This document shows, piece after piece, positions 26,649 through 34,062 of a stretch of DNA of 46,889 bases (positions are counted from its first letter, which is position 1; every line of letters begins with the position of its first letter). The stretch spans positions 1 to 46,889 of the forward strand of contig JANMAD010000486.1 of assembly GCA_031359515.1 (NCBI GenBank), in the 5' to 3' direction. The position numbers were made by a program, and so were the translations under genes. The notes beneath the pieces are model-generated. The model was not told the DNA's origin and did not search any database. It worked only from the letters and a program-made list of their open reading frames with translations. The DNA comes from Acidobacteriota bacterium (GTDB lineage: Bacteria; Acidobacteriota; Blastocatellia; Pyrinomonadales; Pyrinomonadaceae).

Positions 26649-26678
26649 ACTGTAAGCAGCAGAACCAAGTGTCGTCAA
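26649..26678 (-). promoter_or_regulatory. Candidate sigma70-type promoter for the downstream polysaccharide operon
   Basis: Minus strand reads TTGACG, an 18-nt spacer, then TACAGT. Pattern match only. Confidence 0.2.
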
Positions 26679-26712
26679 ACACGCGCGTCTAAGCGGCTAT
26701 AGCTGCCGCGCG

Positions 26713-27927
26713 CTATACCGGCACACTTTCTTCAGCGCTGACTAGCACCAACGTGCGCACGCGCTCGCGCAGGGCCAGCTCGAAGCGGCGCGCCTCTTCG
26801 ATCTCGGAGAAGGCGAGCGCGCGGAGTTGTTGCTCGATGCGGCGGCGATAATCCGAGACGAGCGAGTCGGAGACGCTCAAGCGCGCCGCCGCTTCGAGCT
26901 GCGTCACGTGATCGGGACTCAGGTAGCAGTGCCACAAGACGCCGAGCATGCGGTCGTACTGCTTCGACTTGCCACGCACAGTGGCGTGCAGACTCTGCAA
27001 AAACTGATCGACGTAACCTACGGCCTCATGCTCCGATTCGCGCCGCAGCAAGCCCTGTTCGGGATTCTCGCGCCCATCCACCGGCTCGAAACCGCGCCCC
27101 TGTTCATCGTCGTCGCCGCCGCCAAGTGGCACGAGATAAATGTCCATCACGGGCAGGCGCGACATGACGAGGCTGCGCAAAGAGCGCACGTCCACCGCCG
27201 CGTCCGCCGCTTCCAGGACACTGATGATCAGGTCTTCGAGATCGGAATTGCTGATGATGATCTGCGCGTCGCCCGTGCAGCCGACCATGCGCGTGTCGCG
27301 CTGGCGGACGGGGATGAGTTGGATGCGCTGCTCTAACTCTTGTGCGCCGCGCCGTGCCTTAGCGTCGGGCCACTCGCTCAAACCATAGATGCGATCCGCG
27401 AGCCGCCGGTGCGTCTCTTCGCTCTCGCCCGCGCCGTCGAAGCGGCGGAAGTTCGGGCTGGATTGGATGATGGTCGAGATGCGGCGCGCAAGCCGGTAGG
27501 ATTCAGGATGGCGTTTGCGCAATTCCGCGGTCAACAAATTCGTCAGCTCGATCTGGCCGATCTCACATTCGATCTCGCCGTCCGACATCTCCGTGTCCAA
27601 ATAGTGTTGGAAGCGCGCCTTGCTAAGGAGCGTGACGAATAGCTCCTGTGTGAGATCGACATAGGCGTTGCCGCGCTCGCCGCCTTCGACGAGTAGGCCG
27701 GCGCTATAGGAAGCGCGCACGAGCGGGTGGCTGCACACCACGCGGTGCAACTCCGTCCAGAGCCGGGTCACGTCGGAACGACGCAATGATTCGACCCACT
27801 GACCGCTGACGCGCGTGCGCTCGGGCGCGTGCGTGCGCGGCGCGGGCGATGGCGCGTGCAGTTCCTCTTCGCTGCCCGTCAGCGCGGTCTCGAATGGTTG
27901 ATTCTGATCGGCGGGTGTTGCAGCCAT
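26713..27927 (-). CDS. Atypical ECF-like sigma-70 family protein with a long insertion between region-2-like and region-4-like segments (function inferred)
   Basis: 404 aa, ATG start. The region-2-like segments are YVDLTQELFVTLLSKARFQHY and IELTNLLTAELRKRHP. Compare ECF patterns DLxQExF...W and RIARNxxxDxxRRR. The region-4-like HTH is RMLGVLWHCYLSPDHVTQLEAAARLSVSDSLVSDYRRRIEQQLRAL. About 185 aa, including an acidic GGGDDDEQG stretch, lie between them. Confidence 0.45.
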   Translation of the reverse strand: MAATPADQNQPFETALTGSEEELHAPSPAPRTHAPERTRVSGQWVESLRRSDVTRLWTELHRVVCSHPLVRASYSAGLLVEGGERGNAYVDLTQELFVTLLSKARFQHYLDTEMSDGEIECEIGQIELTNLLTAELRKRHPESYRLARRISTIIQSSPNFRRFDGAGESEETHRRLADRIYGLSEWPDAKARRGAQELEQRIQLIPVRQRDTRMVGCTGDAQIIISNSDLEDLIISVLEAADAAVDVRSLRSLVMSRLPVMDIYLVPLGGGDDDEQGRGFEPVDGRENPEQGLLRRESEHEAVGYVDQFLQSLHATVRGKSKQYDRMLGVLWHCYLSPDHVTQLEAAARLSVSDSLVSDYRRRIEQQLRALAFSEIEEARRFELALRERVRTLVLVSAEESVPV

Positions 27928-28812
27928 GTTACTCGTTTCGTTCGTTGGGCCAGATTCGTAAGGCAGGCTAGGTGAGGCTTCTTTGGTCGGGCGCTCAGGG
28001 TACGGTTGTCAGCCGGCTTTGCTCCTTTACCGTCCGTCTCTCTTAGGTGAGGGCACGTTAAAGCCGCGCGGTCGCCTATGGGACGAATACGACGTGCGTC
28101 TCACCGAGTTGTGATTGTCAAGACAGTTTGCCCGCGTGCTTGCAGCTTAGGAGAGTGTTGCCTGCAAGCTGAAAGATGTCTCACGTGCTGGCACCTCAAT
28201 CTGGTTGCCGCACATTATCTCTATGAGGGGCGGCAAACGCAATCAGCGATGGCAACTTTAGGCAGCGGGGGGCAATAATTCTTCTATCGGCTGAAGCACG
28301 AGCACCGGGCGTTGGCTCAAGCGTCTGCGCACAGCGCGGGTGGCAGTCCTACCTCATCCGGGATGAAAGCAGACGGTCGCCGCCGCACGTGGCTGCTGTC
28401 TCAATGTCACAAGCTGGAAGTCCGTACCAGATGACCGCAAAGGGGAACGGGCGCGGCCGACCAGTGGGAAGCAGGAAGAACGTCGTCTCCCTGACGACAT
28501 CGAGATATTAACAGTTGCCCACAGAATGAGCAACATCTTTTTACATTTGCCCCAAGCTATTGATTAGACAGGCAGAAAATCATCTCGCGCCCGCGCCGAG
28601 TTGTGGAACTGACCGTCCATTGACGCTTTCTTTGTAATGACTAAGCGAAGTGCCCTTTGATTCGATTGTTCTACGGCTGCGGCTTCCTCATCGTTCTTAG
28701 CCTAGCCCGCGCGTGTGCTGTGCCTGTTACTGGGGCGCTTCGGTCAGAGTCCGTGAGGATATGTGTGCCCTAACAAGTTCGACTCTGACAAAGAGAAGAA
28801 AGAGAGGAGCCA

Positions 28813-29136
28813 ATGGGTTCGGTTAGCACAGCCACATTCTGTAAGCGCAAGACCTGCCCGGCCGCCGAGATGCTGCTGCTCTACCATGATGCAGCGCTCG
28901 CGCCCAGTCTGCGCCGCGAAGTCGGAGCGCACTTGGCCGGGTGCGATTTCTGCGACGCGGAACTGTTTCTGCTCACGCGCTTCCCGCCGCCATGCTTGCC
29001 CCGCTACGCGCCCGTCGCGATCCCTGAATCGCTCTATCATCTCGCCCGTGCATTGCTCTGCGGCGCGCCGCGCGTCGTCAGCCGCACGCTCGAACTTATC
29101 TATGACAGCGACCATCTCTCGCTAACCGACGCATAA
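28813..29136 (+). CDS. Small soluble zinc-binding anti-sigma factor-like protein (zf-HC2 / ZAS, RsrA-like size)
   Basis: 107 aa. ATG preceded by GAGGAG within a purine-rich tract. CPAAEMLLLYHDAALAPSLRREVGAHLAGCDFCDAEL gives Cys15, then His40-x3-Cys44-x2-Cys47. No hydrophobic helix. Confidence 0.7.
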   Translation: MGSVSTATFCKRKTCPAAEMLLLYHDAALAPSLRREVGAHLAGCDFCDAELFLLTRFPPPCLPRYAPVAIPESLYHLARALLCGAPRVVSRTLELIYDSDHLSLTDA

Positions 29137-29152
29137 CGCCGCAGACATAACT

Positions 29153-29267
29153 CACCACAAAGGCACGAAGGACACAAAGAGCAAGACAGAAGGATGAACG
29201 CGGAACGATGAATGAATAGTCTTTCCTTCATCATTCCTCATTCCGCGTTTCCTTTGTGCCTTTAAGG
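29153..29267. repeat. Imperfect inverted repeat of about 110 nt with heptad-phased arms between convergent genes (likely bidirectional terminator or REP-like element)
   Basis: The left arm has 7-nt units ending in GAA: GACAGAA, GGATGAA, CGCGGAA, CGATGAA (29185-29212). The right arm units are TTCATCA, TTCCTCA, TTCCGCG, TTTCCTT (29227-29254). AACGCGGAA (29197-29205) pairs with TTCCGCGTT (29241-29249). AAAGGCAC (29159-29166) pairs with GTGCCTTT (29256-29263). Confidence 0.6.
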
Positions 29268-29292
29268 TCGCAGCAACCAACGTAGTCGCCAC

Positions 29293-31143
29293 TCACTCAT
29301 CTTTGCCCGCGCCGCCCTGATAAATCTCATCAATCAACGGCCCATACTTTTCATCGATCACGCGCCGCTTAATTTTGAGCGTCGGCGTCATCTCGCCACC
29401 GTCAATCGAGAACTCTTCGGGCAGCAACGCGACGCGGCGGACGCGCTCGTAATCATGCAGCGTGGCGGTCAGCGTCGCCACCTCGCGCTGCACGAGCCGG
29501 ACGGCCGCGGGGTTGCGGCTGGCAGCAGCGCGGCCGGCTGCGCCGTTCCCCGTCACACTGCCGCCGTTCTCAGCCAGCGCACTTTGCAACGCCTCCCAAT
29601 CCGGCACGACGAGCGCGGCGGGCTGTTTGCGGCCCGCGCCGACGACGATCACTTGACTGACGAGCGCGCTCTGCTTGATCAAACTTTCGATCTGCTGCGG
29701 CGCGATGTACTTGCCATTTGAAAGCTTGAACAACTCCTTCTTGCGATCCGTCAGATAGAAATGGCCGCGCGCGTCCTTGTAGCCCACGTCGCCGGTCTTG
29801 AACCAACCGTCGGTTGTGAGCACGGCGGCGGTCTCATCGGGTTGATTGTAGTAGCCGCGCATCACGTTCGGCCCGCGCACGAGCAGTTCGCCATCGGCTT
29901 CAACGCGCATCTCTATGCCGGGGAACGGCAAGCCGATAGAGCCGATCTTGTTGTCGTCAGGCCGGTTCGCAGCGACGATGCACGCCTCGGTCATGCCGTA
30001 GCCTTGCAACACGGGGATGCCGGCCGCGTTGAAGGCATACGAGAGCGCGGGCGACAGCGGCGCGCCGCCTGACACGAAGTAACGCAGACGCCCGCCCACG
30101 CCCGCGCGCCACTTGCTGAACACGAGCGCGCTCGCGATCTCTTGTTGCAGTTCAAGCAATGGCGGGACGTGTGCGCCGCTATCGCGCAACTCGGCATAAC
30201 GTTTCCCCGTCGTTAACGCCCACGCGAAAAGTTTTTGCCGCCAGCCTTTGGCCGCCATGCCCTTTTTCACGATGCGGTGATAGACCTTCTCGAACAGGCG
30301 TGGCACGGCCGTCATCACCGTCGGGCGCACCTCCTGTAGATACTCGGCGAGTTGATCGACCGATGGCGCGTAATGCACCGCCATGCCGTTCCAGCAGAAG
30401 ACGTAGAAGGCCGTGCGCTCGAAGATGTGTGAGAGCGGCAAGACCGAGAGCGAAATATCGGCCACACTGATCGGCAGCGCGCTTGTGATCGCATAGACGT
30501 TCGAGACGAAGTTCGCGTGCGTCAGCATGACGCCCTTCGGTTCGCCCGTCGTGCCGGACGTGTAGATGATCGTGGCCAGATCATCGGCCTGCACGGCGCG
30601 CACGAGGTTGTCGAACGCTTCAGGCTCTGCGGCGTCGCGCTGTGCGCCGCGCGCTTCAAGCTCAGCGAGCGTCAACGCGCCCGTCAGTCCTTCCACTGTC
30701 GGCGCGTCGAAGAAGATCAGTTGCTCAAGTGTAGCGACGCCTTCGACGCCGGGGCGGGCGTGGCGAAAGGTGCGGCGGTTCGAGACGAACATGGCGCGGG
30801 CGCATGAGTCTGTCAGGATGTAGCGTACCTGCTCAACCGCTTGCGTCGTGTAGATGGGCACGTTCACCGCGCCGAGACAGAGGATCGCCAGATCGGTGAT
30901 AGACCACTCGGGCCGGTTCTCCGACAGCAGCGCGACGCGGTCGCCTTTGCGTATGCCGAGGTCGTAGAGGCCGAGCGCGATGGCGCGCATACGTCCGCGC
31001 ATCTCCGCGGCGGAGATGTGTTGCCACGCGCCATCTGCCTTGTGGCTGAGTGCGTCGGCGCGCGGGCGCAGCTTGAGCGCGGTCAAGCAGAGCGATGGCA
31101 GCGTGGCGGGCTGCGATTCGGTGTGCGCGTCCGTATGCGTCAT
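29293..31143 (-). CDS. Long-chain acyl-CoA synthetase (FadD-like AMP-forming ligase)
   Basis: 616 aa. AMP-binding motifs YTSGTTGEPKGVMLTHANF, GYGMTEA, TGDVGYKDARGHFYLTDRKKELFKLSNGKYIAP. Confidence 0.85.
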   Translation of the reverse strand: MTHTDAHTESQPATLPSLCLTALKLRPRADALSHKADGAWQHISAAEMRGRMRAIALGLYDLGIRKGDRVALLSENRPEWSITDLAILCLGAVNVPIYTTQAVEQVRYILTDSCARAMFVSNRRTFRHARPGVEGVATLEQLIFFDAPTVEGLTGALTLAELEARGAQRDAAEPEAFDNLVRAVQADDLATIIYTSGTTGEPKGVMLTHANFVSNVYAITSALPISVADISLSVLPLSHIFERTAFYVFCWNGMAVHYAPSVDQLAEYLQEVRPTVMTAVPRLFEKVYHRIVKKGMAAKGWRQKLFAWALTTGKRYAELRDSGAHVPPLLELQQEIASALVFSKWRAGVGGRLRYFVSGGAPLSPALSYAFNAAGIPVLQGYGMTEACIVAANRPDDNKIGSIGLPFPGIEMRVEADGELLVRGPNVMRGYYNQPDETAAVLTTDGWFKTGDVGYKDARGHFYLTDRKKELFKLSNGKYIAPQQIESLIKQSALVSQVIVVGAGRKQPAALVVPDWEALQSALAENGGSVTGNGAAGRAAASRNPAAVRLVQREVATLTATLHDYERVRRVALLPEEFSIDGGEMTPTLKIKRRVIDEKYGPLIDEIYQGGAGKDE

Positions 31144-31197
31144 GGCGCTCCGTTGATTAAGGGGATCAGAAGGGGCCGGTTAAAAAGCGCGGCGATT

Positions 31198-32715
31198 CTA
31201 ACTCGTCATCTGGCGCGTGTCACTTGTCGCCGCCGCGTGCGGCGTGCGCCGACGCCGACGACGCGATTGCTTCTCATCTTCGATGCGCCGATCAGTTGTC
31301 GCTAAAGCTGCGAGTATGAGGAAGAGGAGCGCGATGGAAGTGATGTGCAGCGGGAAGTCGAAGAAGCTATGCACCAGCACTGCGCCGCAGCCCGTGAGCG
31401 CGCCCGCGCTCGTGCCGCGCCGGAACTTGTCCGCCGTGTCGAGCCGCGCGAGGCCGCGCCGGAAGAGTGCGACCAAGAAGAACAGCGCGAGCGCGCCGCC
31501 GAGCAGTCCCGCATCGGCGAGAATTTGCAGATAGTCGTTGTGCGCCTGTTCCAACCGCAGCGCACCGTGCAACGGATCGTAGCGCGTATAAGCGACGCCG
31601 AACGCGCCTAATCCAGCGCCCAGGACGGGATGTGCTTTAATCACTTCAATCGTGCCGCGCCAGAACTGCACGCGCCCCGACGTGGGATCGTCCGCGTTGA
31701 CCGTGCCGACCAGACGGCTGAGCGATTGCTCGCCACCGACCATGAGCACGGCCGATAAGAACACCAGCACAAGCACGAACCCGATGCCGAGCCGCACCAA
31801 AGCCGCGCGCAGGCGCGCACGTCCATCAACTATCTCGTCCGCGGCGCGGTCACGGCGACGCAAGGCACCGCCCAAGACGAAGAGGAACAAGACCTCGCAC
31901 GCGAAGCTCAGCATACCGCCGCGCGAGTTGGTCAGCACGAGCGCGAGGGCCATCAACACCACGGCGAACAGGTAAAGCAAGCGGCGGTCGCGCTCGATTG
32001 CGCCCGCAAATAAAAGCCCGAGCGGCAGCGCCAGCGTCAACTCCATGCAGGCAGCGAAGTGATGACTGTTGATGAACGGGCCGAATGGATGTCCTTGATA
32101 CGGCGTGCGCAGCCAGTAGATTTGATCTGGGTTGACGAAGTGTTGCAGCAGACCGAAGAGGGCCAGCACGAAGCCGAAGACCGTCACGGTGCGCACGACG
32201 ATGCGTAAGCGAGCGGGGCTATCGGTAAAGACGAGCAGCGCGGCGAAATAGATTAAGAGGGCGGCGATCTGTACGAGCGCAAAGCGCGTCGCGTAAGGGT
32301 CGAGCGAGATGGCATGCACCGGCGCGACGCCCGTATCATCTGCGCCACCTGCGCCGAACGGCAACAGTTGTATCAGACCGACGATGAACAGGCCCGCGAG
32401 CGGCCACTGCAAAGCGTTGCGGCTCACGCGCAAACTGCCTGTGCGCCAGGCATCCGCTACCCAGAGCGCGCCGACGAGACACGCGCCCGCCGCGAAGAAC
32501 ATGAGCGCCCACGTATGCACTGTGCCGAAGGCGAGCGTCGAAAGCACGAGCGCCAGACAAAGAGTCAGCATGATGAAGCGACTAGCCAGCGTGCGCGGCA
32601 CGGGCACGAGCGGGTGCGCTGGAGCAGCAGTCGGCGCACTGACCGGCGCATGCTGCGCCGCCGGCGTAGCAGCCTCAGCGTGTGTGGCCGAGGGATTGGA
32701 GGTTGAAATCGTCAT
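31198..32715 (-). CDS. Wzy_C / O-antigen-ligase-family membrane protein, copy 2
   Basis: LTNSRGGMLSF, HPVLGAGLGAFGVAY and EQAHNDYLQILADAGLLGGAL. The longest ORF starts at a TTG (32814). The first ATG (32715) still overlaps the upstream gene by 41 nt, and another ATG lies at 32571. Start is uncertain. Confidence 0.65.
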   Translation of the reverse strand: MTISTSNPSATHAEAATPAAQHAPVSAPTAAPAHPLVPVPRTLASRFIMLTLCLALVLSTLAFGTVHTWALMFFAAGACLVGALWVADAWRTGSLRVSRNALQWPLAGLFIVGLIQLLPFGAGGADDTGVAPVHAISLDPYATRFALVQIAALLIYFAALLVFTDSPARLRIVVRTVTVFGFVLALFGLLQHFVNPDQIYWLRTPYQGHPFGPFINSHHFAACMELTLALPLGLLFAGAIERDRRLLYLFAVVLMALALVLTNSRGGMLSFACEVLFLFVLGGALRRRDRAADEIVDGRARLRAALVRLGIGFVLVLVFLSAVLMVGGEQSLSRLVGTVNADDPTSGRVQFWRGTIEVIKAHPVLGAGLGAFGVAYTRYDPLHGALRLEQAHNDYLQILADAGLLGGALALFFLVALFRRGLARLDTADKFRRGTSAGALTGCGAVLVHSFFDFPLHITSIALLFLILAALATTDRRIEDEKQSRRRRRRTPHAAATSDTRQMTS

Positions 32716-33991
32716 ACCAGACTTTGCCGAAGAGCGGGCACAGCGTTTCCGCGCACGACGAGCGCACGAGGCGCACGATGATCGCCTCGGTCTGCGTGCC
32801 GGTCGTGAACTCAAGCGTCACCGCTTGCCAATCGCTTGCGCCGGCGGCCAACGGCGCGGACGCGGCCAACACATGCGCTGGCTCACCCGCGTCAACTACT
32901 TGCGTCAACAACGTACTCGCACTATTCAACTCTTCCGTGCGGACGAAGTAGGACAGGCGGTAGCGTTGCTGCGGCTCGACGACAACAGACTGCGAGACAT
33001 GATGGAAATCGAGCGCGCTTGCAGCATTGAAGACGAGCCGCAGACTGCGTGCGCCGTCGTGCTTCACGCGCTCGTCTAAACTGATCTGTGCCTGCGCGAC
33101 AGGCGCGACCTGCCAGTCGTACCAACTCTTGCCCGCCGGCCCGACCGGCGCTTCAAACCCGCCATTCAGCAACTGTCCGACATCCGGGCCTGACCCGCCC
33201 TGTGCGCCTTGGCGCTGGCCGAGCAGATCGCGTTGCACGGCGAGCGCCGCGCGGTAGTGTTTCATAGCCAAGAGTGTCTGCACTATCTGCTCGCCCGTTG
33301 CGCGTTGCTCCCCTTGCTGCGCGGGCGTCAACGCTGACCAGAGGCGCAACGCATCATCGGTGCGTTGCTGCTTGAGCAGATATGTGGCCAGCCCGGCGCG
33401 CGTCTCGGCCGCATCGCCGATGGCGGCCAGCACCGCCGGCATGTCCGCGCGTAAGACGTGCCACGCGAGATCGAACATCTGCGGCCGAAATTTAAGCGCA
33501 TCGCCCGCGCTCGCATGGCGCAACTCGGCGAAGGCTTCGTCCGTGCGCCCGGCGCGCAACAAGAGATTGCCGAGATACCAGTGTGGGTCAGGATAGTTGG
33601 GCGCAAGCGCGATAGCGCGGCGCAAGGCGCGCTCGCTGCCCGCGTCGTCGCCCGCGAGACCGCGCGCCCGGCCCAACTCGAACCAGAGCCGATAATCATT
33701 CGGCGACAGCGCGGCCGCCTGTTCATACTCGTGGACGGCGACCGCCAATTGCTCTGGCTCGAAGCTACGTTCGGCCAGCCGCGCGAGCGTGAAGTGGGCT
33801 TGCGGATCAGTGGGCGCGAGTTGCATGGCCGCCCGCGCCGTGCTCGCGTCCGACAGCCACTCTGCCATCGTGTCGCCCAGACACCAACGCGTGACGTACC
33901 ACAGGCACACGAGCGCCACGAGCAATGGCACGAGCAGCAACACACGTCGCCATGCCGCACGCACTTCGATGGAGGTGATTTGCTCGGACAT
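32675..33991 (-). CDS. Membrane-anchored TPR-repeat protein with C-terminal jelly-roll (CBM-like) domain
   Basis: 438 aa. Anchor VLLLVPLLVALVCLWYV. TPR-like repeats (YEQAAALSPNDYRLWFELGRA, LRRAIALAPNYPDPHWYLGNLLLRAGR). C-terminal LLNGGFEAP...SLRLVFN...YRLSYFVRTEEL...VWYDDFNL resembles CBM4/9-like modules. Confidence 0.6.
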   Translation of the reverse strand: MSEQITSIEVRAAWRRVLLLVPLLVALVCLWYVTRWCLGDTMAEWLSDASTARAAMQLAPTDPQAHFTLARLAERSFEPEQLAVAVHEYEQAAALSPNDYRLWFELGRARGLAGDDAGSERALRRAIALAPNYPDPHWYLGNLLLRAGRTDEAFAELRHASAGDALKFRPQMFDLAWHVLRADMPAVLAAIGDAAETRAGLATYLLKQQRTDDALRLWSALTPAQQGEQRATGEQIVQTLLAMKHYRAALAVQRDLLGQRQGAQGGSGPDVGQLLNGGFEAPVGPAGKSWYDWQVAPVAQAQISLDERVKHDGARSLRLVFNAASALDFHHVSQSVVVEPQQRYRLSYFVRTEELNSASTLLTQVVDAGEPAHVLAASAPLAAGASDWQAVTLEFTTGTQTEAIIVRLVRSSCAETLCPLFGKVWYDDFNLQSLGHTR

Positions 33992-33995
33992 GGAT

Positions 33996-34058
33996 CAGAG
34001 GTCAGAGGGCAGAGGTCAGTCAAGTCAGCTTCGCACTAACCTCTAACCTCTGACCTCT
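33996..34058. repeat. Heptamer-tandem inverted repeat hairpin (CAGAGGT-type) at a gene junction
   Basis: The left arm is CAGAGGT CAGAGGG CAGAGGT CAG. The right arm is AACCTCT AACCTCT GACCTCT. 18 of 21 positions pair (33997-34017 with 34038-34058) around a 20-nt loop. It fills the gap between the stop at 34063 and the start at 33991. Confidence 0.75.
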
Positions 34059-34062
34059 ACTT

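Noticed and set aside
26713-27927. Alternative reading of the 404-aa regulator as a LuxR-type response regulator or a plain hypothetical protein.
   Set aside because: The spacing between the LSP and LSVS segments is too short for a LuxR HTH, and no receiver domain motifs are present. The sigma region 2/4 pattern fits better. The assignment remains inference and is scored accordingly.
28078-28278. 66-aa ORF with six Cys in 20 residues (CPRACSLGECCLQAERCLTC), a possible Cys-rich peptide or RiPP precursor.
   Set aside because: No SD. Third-codon-position GC is roughly half by eye, against the strongly GC-biased third positions of real genes here. It uses many rare codons (CGA, ATA, TTA, AGA). 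The Cys codons coincide with the GCTTGCAG/CTGCAAGC hairpin, so RNA or DNA structure explains them better than coding.
28320-28530. Partial string resemblances to known RNAs. These are GGAAGTCCG and CACAGAA (RNase P-like), CAGATGACCGC and GGAAGCAGG (SRP RNA-like), and CGCACAG ... GACCGCAAAGG (c-di-GMP-I riboswitch-like).
   Set aside because: The spacing and order of the matches do not fit any of these RNA architectures, and the flanking helices are not evident. This is left only as a prompt to run Rfam covariance models.
28354-28536. 60-aa minus-strand ORF in the long intergenic region.
   Set aside because: No motif, no SD and atypical composition. It lies within hairpin-rich sequence and is treated as non-coding.
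28744-29125. Alternative ORFs overlapping the anti-sigma-like gene (28763-29125 on + and 28744-29115 on -).
   Set aside because: Only the 28813-29136 frame has a strong SD and the C...H-x3-C-x2-C zinc-finger pattern. The others are Arg/Ala/Ser-rich shadow frames.
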